A stretch of 64,000 bases of DNA from Thraustochytrium aureum (taxonomy: Eukaryota). Position 1 is the first letter of the stretch; each line of letters starts with the position of its first letter. Below the pieces are notes generated by a model, which was given only the letters and a program-made list of their open reading frames with translations, did not search any database and was not told the origin of the DNA. Location of the stretch: positions 169,065-233,064 of the forward strand of contig BLSG01000421.1 in NCBI GenBank assembly GCA_012862495.1, given 5' to 3'. Below, in pieces: positions 45,286 to 57,778 of the stretch. The position numbers were made by a program, and so were the translations under genes.

Positions 45286-45735
45286 ATGGCGGGCGACGCG
45301 GGCGAGGCCGGCGTGACTGGCGTGGTCCGGTTTCGGAATTACATGCCCATGGACGAGGGGCTCAGGGAGCTGGCAAGGCCCGCGCGGGGCGAGGCGGCAC
45401 CTGCTGGGCTTTCGGCGGCGGGAGCCAAGCTGCTCGCCGAGTCGGAAGCGCTGATCCGCTGGCCTGGAAGACAAGATGCGCCAGGTGATCGAGAACGTGG
45501 ACGAGGTCAAGGCAGCCCCGCGCAAGGTCAACTGGGACTTGAAGCGCAACGTGGCCAAGCAGTTCGCAAGCTTGCGCGCGAGACGCAGCGGGCGATTGTC
45601 GAGCTTGCTGAACAGGAGCGCAAAAGGCGCCGTCTCGAAGAGGGCAGCGACGACGGCAGCGACGACGGAAGCGACGACAGCGAAAGCGAGGGCAGCGAAA
45701 GCGAGGGCGAGCCTCGTCCCCCGTCGATACAGTAA
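45286..45735 (+). CDS. CWF18: spliceosomal Cwf18/CCDC12 homolog (compensating frameshifts)
   Basis: VRFRNYMPMDEGL, APRKVNWDLKR, LARETQRAIVEL. Confidence 0.85.
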   Translation: MAGDAGEAGVTGVVRFRNYMPMDEGLRELARPARGEAAPAGLSAAGAKLLAESEALIRWPGRQDAPGDRERGRGQGSPAQGQLGLEAQRGQAVRKLARETQRAIVELAEQERKRRRLEEGSDDGSDDGSDDSESEGSESEGEPRPPSIQ

Positions 45736-46611
45736 AGTAGAGAACGTGCAAGTGCTTGATCAAGAACATGGCGGAAACGTTGAGCAAAGTTGCCGTGGAG
45801 AGGCGCGTCCTCGTTCACGTTTGACAGGCCGTCTCGCCGCTCCAAGAGATCCTAGAAAAGTGTCCACTCCCCTACCCTTCGGGGCGGGACGACCGCGAGA
45901 GCTGTAACGCAGATACGCGACCCTGCGCACGAGGTGGCCGCCCCGGCGGTCGCGAATGCTCCCGCTAGAGGCTTGGAGTTCGTGCGATCGGGCCTCGAGG
46001 TACAACCTATGGTACTCTACCGTATGGCTTCGTGACGAGAACGGGGCCGCCACCACTCGTTCGGGGGGGTTCGGAGGCAGCGCGCTGCACGCGCGGACCC
46101 TGAGCGAGCTCGCCCGGACGCCAGTTGAAGAGTCTAACCCTCAGGTGGTGCAACTCTGATGCAAGTCGACGAGATTCGGCATCACGAGGCGCCACAACTG
46201 GGCCACGGCCCCCTTGGTGCGGCCCACGCCAAGTTTCTTGCGCTGCATGAGGCCTCTGAACTATTCATTCATGGCGCTGCTGTTGGCGTGACACTCTTTG
46301 TTTTCTCAAAGCGGTTCGCGTCGGTCGCAGCAGGTGTCTTCGAGCCGTGTCCGGGCGCTCGGGTCTGCGCTGCGCGGGGCCGACTCGCAGCAGCTCGTTT
46401 CGCAGCCCAGACGTGTTGGCGAGAGTGAACAAGGCGCTGCAGGCACTTTTGAGCTGGTCGAGCAGTCAGAGGCAATGACGAGCTTCAAAATAAAACCGAA
46501 TCCACAACCCGTCAAGGCTTTCCCCGAGGGACCTTCCGAGCGCGCGCTACGTGCGCGGCTGGGCGCTTGTCCTTCAGGAGGGCCCTTACTCGCGCAGCTG
46601 GCAGCCAACAC

Positions 46612-46653
46612 GCGTCAGACGGTTAGGAAGCCGCGTCAGACGGTTAGGAAGCC
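46612..46653. repeat. 21-bp direct duplication
   Basis: GCGTCAGACGGTTAGGAAGCC x2. Confidence 0.85.
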
Positions 46654-47997
46654 GCTCTGGAGGGAGAAAGCCAGTGCCGCGAACACGTCCGAAAGCGCGC
46701 CGCACATGGAGGTCTGGCGCAGTCGAGCTCTTGAACGGGTCGCCAACGAATTGGCCTTGTGCGCCTTGCGGGCCCCAACTCGGAAGGCTCGTGGCAAATC
46801 TCTCTGCAGTTGCTCGAGCCGGCGCAATCCGATCCTCTTTGTGTTCGCTGCTCCGTGTGCCTGAAGCAGACCAAGTTCCTTCCACATCCGCCACGCCCCA
46901 CAACGTCAAGAAAGGCGATGCGAATCAGCCTGCGATGTGCGATGCAGCGATGCATGCCAATGCAGTTAGAAGTTAGAACCAGCCTCTGTGCTGACAGTGT
47001 GATCAGTCTGCAATCGACTCGACCACGTTCTCCGATCGTTTGCCGTGGCGACAAAACTGCGAGCAAGCGATCGGCCTTCGACCGCGTTGGCGCTGCAGAA
47101 CGGTCCGAGCGCGCGCCGTTTGACCAGGAAGCCGAATTCGCTGCGCGCAGGGCAAACCGGTTCGGATTCTGGGCACCGCTCTCTCCAAGAGCCAGAGGAA
47201 GGCAAGCCGCCATGCCAACTCGTCAAGCCTGCGCGTGCGCAAGTTACTACTTACTTACCGGTACACTATTTGAGAACGTTTGTGAATCCCTCCTGAGTGA
47301 GCACTTCGTGCGGTGAGTAAGAGCGCGGGGCTCTCTTTAGCACGCGGCCTCCGTCGCGCGCAGAGATGTCCTTTGACTCCCGTCACTGGCCGCCTGAGGA
47401 GGCAGCTGAAGACTTCCACGCAAACAACCAACCATGGACGCCATCAACGTAGCGTGTGAGGTGCCTCCCTGGCCGGGGAGGCATTGTACGAGAGAAGCAG
47501 GAAACTGCGGTTGTCCACATGCAAACAATACGAAATCGCATCGTACAGCAAGCCTACATTTATTTTCCGGTTTCTCCGCCATTGCATGCATCTCGTGCAA
47601 CCACATGCAACAGGTACTCGATGGTGAAAGTGACGGGGCGACGGAGGCCGCGTGCGGACGAGTCTCACAGGAACCAGATTGTCGGACAACCAAAGGTCTG
47701 AAGGAAGACGGCGCTGCCCCTGACGAATAATTGCGATGGTGATGACACGAACAGAAGTCTTCAAGTTGACGATAACCCTCGGATCGAAAGGGCGGCACCC
47801 AGCAACCTCTTCGTAGATGGTGACCAACCGAAGCCCGCGTGCCCATCCCCACCGGTGGGCTCGTGCTTCAAAAGCGATGGACTCTTCGACCGGTGGGGCA
47901 AGGAGTACTCTACCCAAGAGCAGAGTGGAGTTCAGTGCAAGGCCGCGAGTACTCTCAGGCTGAGAAGGGAGGGGGAGACGTCGAATGCTTTTCGAAT

Positions 47998-48057
47998 CTG
48001 ACGCAGGTCAAAATGGACGACGAAGCTCTGACACAGGTCAAAATGGACGACGAAGCT
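47998..48057. repeat. 30-bp direct duplication
   Basis: CTGACRCAGGTCAAAATGGACGACGAAGCT x2. Confidence 0.85.
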
Positions 48058-48806
48058 TTGCTTCTTTCCTCTCCACCAACGGTTTCCCGGCTCTTTCGAG
48101 TGGTTGGGCTGCTTAGTCGTAGTCGACTTGATGTTCGTTCCTCGTGCCACAATCTGTTTGATTTCGTTAGTTGTGGGAACGCCCCCAGGCGGGTCTGCTC
48201 TGCTTACTTTCGGAAACGCACCTTGTGCCCTCCCAGCAAGTGCAGCCTCAAGTGTGTCGAGACGTCCAACACACTTACTCGCAGCGCTAGAAGAAGCACG
48301 AAACGAAGAAGCCGAAATGGAAGCCGCACAGTTTGCCAGGAAGCCAGAGCTCCTACTGGAGCTAGCTAGCTAGGAGAAGCAGTTGACGGCACGGCGAGAG
48401 CACCAGAGCCCTATCGGCGGCAGCGAGCCNNNNNNNNNNNNNNNNNNNNNNNNNNNNNNNNNNNNNNNNNNNNNNNNNNNNNNNNNNNNNNNNNNNNNNN
48501 NNNNNNNNNNNNNNNNNNNNNNNNNNNNNNNNNNNNNNNNNNNNNNNNNNNNNNNNNNNNNNNNNNNNNNNNNNNNNNNNNNNNNNNNNNNNNNNNNNNN
48601 NNNNNNNNNNNNNNNNNNNNNNNNNNNNNNNNNNNNNNNNNNNNNNNNNNNNNNNNNNNNNNNNNNNNNNNNNNNNNNNNNNNNNNNNNNNNNNNNNNNN
48701 NNNNNNNNNNNNNNNNNNNNNNNNNNNNNNNNNNNNNNNNNNNNNNNNNNNNNNNNNNNNNNNNNNNNNNNNNNNNNNNNNNNNNNNNNNNNNNNNNNNN
48801 NNNNNN

Positions 48807-51800
48807 ACCCAACGGTGCGGCGACTCGGAGGAAGACATTGCGTATTCGGATGGTGATTTCTCTGCCAATCCTACGTGCGGCGTCGGCTTAGGCTACACGC
48901 AACAACAGTCTCTCTGTAGCGAGTGCGAGCCTGGTACCAAGCAGGTCCACAAGTGTTCGCACAACGGCCGCTGCGGCCTCGAACATGATGGGCAGGCATG
49001 TGCGCAGGGCTATTTTTGCTCCCGAGCCAGGTGGTGCGGCAAATCGGACGACCACAAAACGCAACCATCTTGCTGCATACTCGGACAGCGCTCTGTGCGG
49101 CCCCTGGTTTAGCCTAACAGTATGTAACGAGTGCCAGCCCGGAACCTTTCAGGACAAGGAAGGTCAGGACACTTGCAAGGTCTGCCAGCCCGGGACTTAC
49201 CAGAACTTTGATGGGCAGCGAGCCTGCAAGTTCTGCCAGCCCGGAACCTACCAGGACAAGGAAGGACTGAACACTTGCAAGAACTGCCTGCCCGGGACTT
49301 ACCAGAACATTCGAGGGCAGGCAGCCTGCAAGGTCTGCCCGCCCGGAACTTACCAGAACATTCGTGGGCAGCAGGCCTGCAAGGCCTGCCCGCCCGGGAC
49401 TTACCAGCCAAGGTCCGAGAAGACAAGCTGTTTGCCGTGCTCCAAAAACAAAGTGGGTGGCTTATCGATTTGCTTCGCCTGCCCAGATGGCTATAGCTGC
49501 GCGCCGCGGCAGGGGTCGTCGTCGGAAATCATCCAGACGATTTGTCCTATCGGCTCGTTTTGCAAGGATTACGTGAAGACGCCGTGCTCGCCTGGGACGT
49601 ACCAGGACGAGGAGGGCCAGTCGTCGTGCAAAGTCTCGCCCCTGGGGGCAATGGTCCCCAATAGTGGAGCATCCACATATGTTAAATGTCCGCCCGGCAC
49701 GATTGGGGTTGGAACCAAGCCTAACTTCGCCAACAGAACAACCTGCAGCAAATGCCCACCAGGGCAGGCCACCCAAGACATCGATTCCGAGTGTTCTGAT
49801 ATCAACTCTGAAGGGCTTGCTCTGATTTGGGACGTCTCCGATGGGCGATGCATTTCAAACGCAAGCGTACCTGCGATGCACCGGTTCGTGACGACTTCAC
49901 TTCACCAGATAGCGCAAGACGAGCTGGACGAGACTTTGGAGATTCTCACCGAGTGCACCGAGGAGCTTCTGAGCGACATGCGCGCAGGGCAGCCTAATCT
50001 CTTTTACGAGAAGTTTTTCGCAGCGGAGTTCAGCGACATACGCGTTAGTCTGGACAAACTACGCGAAATGACCCCTGCGAGCGGAAAGGAGCGCATGGGC
50101 TTGCTCGCGCGACTCTCGGCGGCTTGGCGTCTGTTGCCGGTCCAGGATCGTTGCGACGTGCTCGGCACAGTGCGCTTCACCCGCACGAACAAGACGCTCA
50201 GCGTATGCGACGTCGTGGGTTTCACTAAGATGGGCAACAAGGTGCGCTTCGTTGGGGCGAGGCAAAGCTCGCAGCACCCCGACAACCATGCTTCAAACGC
50301 GGTCGACGGGAGCGCAGACTCGTGCTCAGACACCAAACTTGGAGAGGCCAGGCCGTGGCTAGAGCTGCAATATGTGCGCGACCGAAGTGACCCAATACGC
50401 AGCCTCAAGATCAGATCTCAAGAAGGCTCTGGCGAAGGCGGCGGCTCTATCGAAGTTTTTGTTGACGACGTGCTTGTACGGGACGTGACTGCTGGCGCCG
50501 TGGAAAATATTGTGATGCCCAACCTGCCGAAGGAGCCGTGCGCCGGATCAAAGGCGGCCCGCTCGTTCGTGCTTCCACCGGAGCCGCAAGTGGTGTTGGG
50601 TGCCAGGTTTGATCCGAAGCTTGGCCCGCTTCATGCCTTGGACGTGGACGGCTACATGCAAGCCTTCGAGCCCTCGGTACTTTTCACAACCTGCGTTCGC
50701 GCAGCGGCAAGCTTGGACTGCCCGCCCGGGATGCTGCGCGATGACCCCACGAAGCCTTGTGTTCCATTTGCGCGCGCTTCCTGGGCAACCACTGTGGCGG
50801 CCATCGCGTACTGCTCGGTCGTCGAGGAGCTTGCAGGTACTCCTGTTGCGCTGGCGTTGCTTGTTGCCGCCCGTGATGCTGCTTTAGTCAATTCGTGGAT
50901 CGAGCTTGACATTCGTGCCACATACCGAGCGCTCCATGCTGTGCGAGATGTGGCGATGGCCGGCCACCGCGCTGGGTTTGCAGTCCTCGAAGGCAAGTCC
51001 AGCGTGTATCTCCAGGTGGCGCTGGGGCTCAGCCGTGATCTCGACAAACTTGCTCGCGACGTGTCTTTGGCGAATGCTGAGAACTTGCAGAGTATCAGCA
51101 ACATTTCCAGCGTGTGTCGCTCCGCGGGCTGTCCTGGTGACCCGGTGCGCATCGAGGGAAACCTGGGTCTGAGCAGTCTCCATGAGAACCTCGATGCAAG
51201 CTTCGGAGACCTGAGCCAAGCTGTTTATGACTCGTGGGCTTCTCTGCGCCAGCAGATCACCAGTAGCGTATTGGCGCTCGGGGAACTCGTTACGAACATA
51301 AACGCCGAGGTGAGCAAAACGCAGGCGCTCGGCTTCTCCAAGCTTGCAAATGGGCTTGCCGAAGACGCGGGCGGTCGCATGGAGGTGGCCGAACAGCAGG
51401 CCTTTGACGGCGAAGACAAGCTCGACGCGATCTTTCTTCGAATTAGCTCGGACAACGAAAGCTTTGCAGAGCTTTACGAGGATCTCGTGGACAACTCGGG
51501 CCGTCTCAACGTTACAACGTACGATTTTTACGAGTGCCGCAAGAAGGAGGAGCTCGCAAAGCTCGCTCGCGCGCGAGTCACAGCGGTCTTCGACGTCATT
51601 GTCGGCGCAGTCTCCATGGTTGGCGAGATTGGCATGTTTGTGCTTTCCGGAGGCCTGTCGTCGCTAAAGCAAGGCGCCATGAAAGCTGGCTCAAACGCCG
51701 CCAAACATGCGTCAAGGGCAAAGAATCTCCTCCGAAAAAGGTTCAAGCGCAGACCGCGCCGTCGCAACAGACGTAGCAGGGACGGGAAAGACAACAAGAA

Positions 51801-53924
51801 GGACAAGAAAGACGACAAGAAGGAGGAGGAGGAGGAGGAGGACTACTCGTTTGACGAGTTCATGGAAGACTTTGGCGACGACATGCCCGACCTGAGCGAC
51901 GAGCAAATCGACATCATCCGTGACGGCATCTTGAACGGCATCGACTTTCTGAGTAACCCAAAGCTCCAATCTGTTCGGGGCTGGGTCACCTTTGTGCAGG
52001 GCAACCTGCGTACGCTTGGCTCGCTCGGCGTGCCGGGCATGGACGGCGCCGCCCAGATGCTGGGGGGCATTTACGCGCTCATCGACGAAGCCGCCCAACG
52101 AAAAGGAATTGAGGAAGCGGCGAATGCTGGCCTCAAGGCAGCCGACGACACGTTCAATGACGTCGCCGCTGCCGTGACAGAGCTGGCTGAAACCTCGGCG
52201 ATACTCTTGCTCGAGGTCTATGACATCATGACGTCCGAGGAACCGCCGCAGGGGTTTCCATAATCGAGTCGACCTCGCGCTCGCTTTGGCGCGACGTTCA
52301 GACGCGCGTGGTCTACTTTTTCAAGACCTCGGAAATGTACGCGGACTTCACTGATGCGGTGTCGGGGCGCCGGGTATTGATCGAGGGCGACGACGCTGCA
52401 GTTTTCCTGGCTTCGCCTGCGACTGCCATGCGCCTTCGCGCCACCACGCAGAGCAGCTCTATTGCGCCCAGCACTGGCGCGCAGCTCCAACGCGCGCTCA
52501 ACGAAAAAGAGGGCTGCGANNNNNNNNNNNNNNNNNNNNNNNNNNNNNNNNNNNNNNNNNNNNNNNNNNNNNNNNNNNNNNNNNNNNNNNNNNNNNNNNN
52601 NNNNNNNNNNNNNNNNNNNNNNNNNNNNNNNNNNNNNNNNNNNNNNNNNNNNNNNNNNNNNNNNNNNNNNNNNNNNNNNNNNNNNNNNNNNCTCGAGTTG
52701 AAGATCAACGAGGAGAGCAAGGCGCGGTGGGAGGACACCTCAAGCCGGATCAATACTGCAGCAAGTGCTTCCCAGGGCGCCATGAGCGATTTCTTTTTCG
52801 AGTTTAAGGACGTCGTTGATCAACTCCAGATTGCTGTCCCTGAGCTCTCGGTGAACACGGGCGCAGCGGTCGCAGAGCGTATTGAGGACCTCCTTTCGAA
52901 AGGCGGCGTTGTGCAGGCCTCATGCGCGCAGGCCTGGTACCGAGCCCTCCAGGCTCCTGCGTCTTGCAACGCCAACGTGGCCAACGTTTTTTCCGCATCC
53001 AACCCGAAAGACGGCCTCAAGGACTACATTTTCAATGTCAGAACGGACGTCTCGAGCGCCATTGAACGCTCCAAGAACGACAAATACACGCACTGGGTTC
53101 GGTTTCCCGTGCTCTCTTCGCTGGAAATTGCCGCGATGGCTGCCAACGAGTCGCTCTCATCCGAAACAGTCGTGACCCTCGACCTGACGCGCCGCGTTGG
53201 TTCCGAATGCGGCACGTTTTCCGAGGTCCTCGCATTCACTGCTGTGCTTGAGGACTTGGCCGACCAAGGCAAACCGGTCATTCTAGATGAGTGGGTCGGC
53301 GATTCGCCTACGTTTGTTCCCATCGATGTTCAGCCACGGGGCCCGTTCATAAAAATCGACAAGCAAGGGCAGCGACATGCGTTTCGCATTGCTGACGTCC
53401 ACGACCCGCCTGGGCAGGGAACCATTGTGACGCCGCTGTCTTGCGCTGACGCAACTGAGGATGCCTTTCTGGCGACTCGCCGCCTCCCAAGCGATCTCCA
53501 GCTGTGCATCAAAAAGCCGGTTTTCGAGATTGACCCGACGCCTCTCCTGGCCAATTACGACATCACACTCGGCCCGTACGCCACGGTAATCAAGTCGCGC
53601 TCTGACGCGGCCTTCCTCCAGCTCGCCCTGTACGTCAAGTTTGTCGCCGACTCGGAGAGCGTCAAACCAGAGTGCGGGGTTCCCAAGACGCTCGGCCTCT
53701 TTACAAGTGAAGTAGATGGTGAAGATGTTGACGGGCCGGAAGCTGGCGAGGCCAGCGGACTCTCGGTTGGTGCGGTCGCTGGTATCGCTGTGTCTGCGGC
53801 GGCCGTCCTCGTTGCGGCTGTTGCCGCCATTGTTGTCCGGAAGCGGCGGCAAAGCGCGGCGGGGAGCACGACGCACAACCCGCCAAACTCGAACTCGGAG
53901 ACTATCGCTCCGCCCATGAAATAA
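48807..53924 (+). CDS. giant type-I membrane protein: hevein-like domain, GCC2/ephrin-receptor-like Cys repeats, F5/8-fucolectin-like domain, long helical region, C-terminal TM (5' end in gap; frameshifts near 49058 and 52253)
   Basis: NGRCG...C..G..CS...WCG; repeats CQPGTYQDKEGQ..CK; ARQSS...ASNAVDG...PWLEL; GAVAGIAVSAAAVLVAAVAAIVV-RKRR anchor. Confidence 0.8.
49123..49440 (+). repeat. 51-nt coding tandem repeat, about 6 copies (C-x2-C-x-P-G-T-[YF]-Q unit)
   Basis: Repeated tgcaag...tgcc.gcccgg.ac.taccag units. Confidence 0.9.
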
Positions 53925-55051
53925 CAAGTAAACCAATGATTGTATGATCTGGCTGCTGTCTTCGGCTGCTCCACCGAAAGGCTGCTTGGTGCAACTGTTT
54001 CGGTCCGCGGGAGATCGTCAACAAGTTCGTCACGGACGTTTTGTGCTAGCATCGCAAGGGCACTCATTCTTCACCGCGTGCGAGATCGTGCTCTTCATCA
54101 AATCAAATCGAACCGAGCGGGAGGCAAGAGCTCGGGGGCGACAACCTCTCGGAAGTGGACGGGCTGGTTATCCACGAGAATTGACAAAATCGGGGGATTC
54201 TTGGGCCGTCGGCCCGTCGCACGTCTTTGCACAAGCACTGCGACGCGAATTGCGTCAAGCTAGCGCTGACCGTGTATTCGTCGCTCCGTAGATCGTCGGA
54301 TGCTGTGAGCAGGCAGTGTCGCTTCGCGGAGTGCGCGAGGAGCACCTCCACACGGGTCGGCAAGTCGTGGCTTGCACAGCTTGCACTGGAGAGGAGGCGT
54401 CGGGGCATCGCGACAGGCACGCCGAACCCGAAACCAAACGAGCGGCGTGCGGTGCTCCGAGGCTGAGAATTCGAGAATCTGTTCAACGGCGAGTTGAGTT
54501 CACTGTCACTCCGCAAGCACGGCCAATACATACTTCGACGGCAAGGGGCCGGAAGAATGGCGTGGCGCCCATCCTTGGAGGAAGCAGTCTTTTGACGTCG
54601 GCTCGGGCGCGACCCCAAAAGCTGAGCGAAGTGGCAGTACCAACTGCGACGCCTTGCTGCAGCCACTTTTGCGCGGCTCGCTTCGGTGGACGATCGCACC
54701 GAGCAGCCAAACGAGCGCTTCGAACTGCGACAACCCGAATATTCAAGAGCGATCGGCCTCCCACGGAGCAGGATCCGCAGACCGCTACCCGCCGCGTCGT
54801 TCCCGCGCCGCTGCAGGATGTCGGGCAAGTCGAACTCATTGCGCGTGCAGAGCGGAATGAACTTCCTGGCGCCAACCACAAACTGCTTGTGAGAGGATTG
54901 TGTTCTTTGGCATCTTGCCATCGCAGGTCCGCCTGCCAGTGCGTGCAAGTCGGAACGACCTGCCCGTCGAGGCGGGCGCGTTCGGGCGGAGACGGGGCTG
55001 GCGAGAGCTTGTCATCTGTGTTTTTTCATCTTTTCCTTCCCCCTTGTCCAT

Positions 55052-55311
55052 TGATGAGATTTGCTTCATCGCATCGCTGATGAGNNNNNNNNNNNNNNNN
55101 NNNNNNNNNNNNNNNNNNNNNNNNNNNNNNNNNNNNNNNNNNNNNNNNNNNNNNNNNNNNNNNNNNNNNNNNNNNNNNNNNNNNNNNNNNNNNNNNNNNN
55201 NNNNNNNNNNNNNNNNNNNNNNNNNNNNNNNNNNNNNNNNNNNNNNNNNNNNNNNNNNNNNNNNNNNNNNNNNNNNNNNNNNNTGATGAGATTTGCTTCA
55301 TCGCTGATGAG
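55052..55311. repeat. about 21-bp repeat (TGATGAGATTTGCTTCATCGC) on both sides of an N-gap
   Basis: The same sequence flanks the gap on both sides: collapsed tandem array or overlapping contig ends. Confidence 0.7.
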
Positions 55312-55377
55312 AGTGGGCTTTCAACGGCGGTGCTGGCAAGCAAATCACAAAAGGCGACGCAGCAAGCGGCGGCGACG

Positions 55378-56587
55378 ATGATGCAGCGCGTACAGCAGGC
55401 CAAGGCGATGGGGAGGGGCCTGTTGCAAGGCCAGGGGCGGTGGCTCGCGGCGAGCAGGCGCGGGCTGTCGGGACCGCCGCCCAAAATCTCGGCGGCGCCA
55501 GCGCCGCCGCACAAGAACATCACGATCCACAGCCTGGCGGCGAAGAAGCGCAAAGGCGTGCCCATCACCATGGTGACCGCGTACGACTTCCCGTCCGCAG
55601 TGCATGTCGACAAGGCAGGGATCGACATACTGCTTGTCGGGGACTCGGTCGGGATGGTCGAACTCGGGCACGACACCACGCTTCCGGTCACCCTGGACGA
55701 CATCATCCACCACTGCAAGGCCGTTACGCGGGGGTGCCGGCGGCCGCTGCTGGTCGGCGACCTGCCCTTCGGGACGTACGAGGCGTAAGTTTCTCATCCA
55801 CAGGTCTTCCTTTTTACGCGAGGTGGCTGACGGTGCCGACGGCGTGGAGCAGCTCGCCAGAGCAGGCGGCGCTCAGCGCGATCAGGCTCATGAAAGAGAC
55901 GTCCATGGACTGTGTCAAGGTTGAAGGCGGCCGCAAGCGCATTGCGTCGATCCGCGCAATCGTCGACTGCGGCATCGCAGTCATGGGCCACATCGGCCTC
56001 ACACCTCAGAGCTTTAGTGGACTGGGCGGGTTCAAGTAAGTTGTGCTCAGACGCACAAGAGCAAGGGGCTTTTTTTTTGCTGTGGCCGCGTCTCCCCGCT
56101 GACCACACACCCAGGGCCCCAAGGGCGCTCTGCGCAGCAGGCGCTGGAGATTATCGACGACGCGCTTGCGCTCGAAAAGGCCGGATGCTTTGCGATGGTG
56201 ATCGAATGCGTCCCTGCTGTGGTCGCTCGCGAAGTGGCGCGAGCGGTCAGCATTCCGGTAATTGGGATTGGCGCAGGCCCGTACACCGACGGGCAGGTGC
56301 TCGTGTACCACGACATGCTTGGGATGATGCAGCACTATCACCACGCCGAGTTTACGCCGCAATTTTGCAAGCAGTACGCCACCGTCGGGTTTGCCATCCA
56401 AGAGGGCCTCGCCGAGTACAAGCGGGACGTGACCGAGCGCAAGTTCCCGTCCGACGAGTTTTCCCCGTACAAGATCTCTGCCGAGGAGGAGGAGCTGTTT
56501 CTGAGGCTGGTCTCACAGCGCGCGCCAGCCGACTCGCCTGCAGCCTCGCCGGCCGCTGCCGACGAGCCGGACATCAAGGTCTACTAG
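55378..56587 (+). CDS. panB: 3-methyl-2-oxobutanoate hydroxymethyltransferase with probable mitochondrial presequence; 3 exons
   Basis: [51 protein letters not shown]; introns 55785-55852 and 56036-56114; one extra base near 56117. Confidence 0.95.
55785..55852 (+). other. panB intron 1
   Basis: gtaagt...ctgac...cag; splicing gives TYEASPEQA. Confidence 0.88.
56036..56114 (+). other. panB intron 2
   Basis: gtaagt...ctgac...ccag; joins GGFK to QGRSAQQA if one homopolymer base is removed. Confidence 0.8.
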
Positions 56588-57778
56588 CTCCGATCGATCA
56601 CCGCGGCCGCCAAAGCCCTCAACAGCATCAGCGCTTTCGCGTCGGTGGACGTTCGCTGTCCACCCGTGCACGTGCGTCAGTAAGGTGAGTAAGGTACCGT
56701 AACGAGCCAGCTCCGCCGTGCGCCACGGTGTGCGCGACTTCCCGGCACGTCAAGGTCATGTTTGCAAGTAGGTAGAGTAGGCCTACTCAACCATGGATTG
56801 TGCACTGAGTACGTACTCAAGCAGAACAGAATGCAGAGTCCACAGCAGCTCTTCAAGAGAGTCGCGTCCCTCACTAAACCCAGCTGCGCACACCTCAAGT
56901 CTCCTCTTCCCCAGTGAGGGCAGCCACAACCCCTCACTAAAACCCTCCACAAAAAGGGAACCTACCCACTCTCCGTTCCCCCAAATCCATACTCTTGAGA
57001 CGAAACAAGAACCAGCTCGCCCTCACGCACCGACTCTTGAGGTAACGAGACCCTCCTCGCCTCACAAAAGAACCAGAGGCCCAGGCGGTATTGAGGAACC
57101 CGCCACGCCAGAGTACTCTCCCCCCCACAAACGCCATCTCGCTCGGCCACAAAACAAAAGCAAAGCTGAGGCTGTAGACTCTTCCCTACAGGGGAACCCG
57201 CGCACACAGAGCCCCTCCAAGTGCGTGTGAGNNNNNNNNNNNNNNNNNNNNNNNNNNNNNNNNNNNNNNNNNNNNNNNNNNNNNNNNNNNNNNNNNNNNN
57301 NNNNNNNNNNNNNNNNNNNNNNNNNNNNNNNNNNNNNNNNNNNNNNNNNNNNNNNNNNNNNNNNNNNNNNNNNNNNNNNNNNNNNNNNNNNNNNNNNNNN
57401 NNNNNNNNNNNNNNNNNNNNNNNNNNNNNNNNNNNNNNNNNNNNNNNNNNNNNNNNNNNNNNNNNNNNNNNNNNNNNNNNNNNNNNNNNNNNNNNNNNNN
57501 NNNNNNNNNNNNNNNNNNNNNNNNNNNNNNNNNNNNNNNNNNNNNNNNNNNNNNNNNNNNNNNNNNNNNNNNNNNNNNNNNNNNNNNNNNNNNNNNNNNN
57601 NNNNNNNNNNNNNNNNNNNNNNNNNNNNNNNNNNNNNNNNNNNNNNNNNNNNNNNNNNNNNNNNNNNNNNNNNNNNNNNNNNNNNNNNNNNNNNNNNNNN
57701 NNNNNNNNNNNNNNNNNNNNNNNNNNNNNNNNNNNNNNNNNNNNNNNNNNNNNNNNNNNNNNNNNNNNNNNNNNNNNN

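Noticed and set aside
45800..48420. Short ORFs between CWF18 and the surface protein gene
   Set aside because: Arg/Ala/Ser-rich with no recognisable motifs; no support for coding.
55052..55311. C/D box snoRNA (TGATGA ... CTGA)
   Set aside because: Boxes are only about 15-20 nt apart and arise from a short repeat duplicated around a gap.
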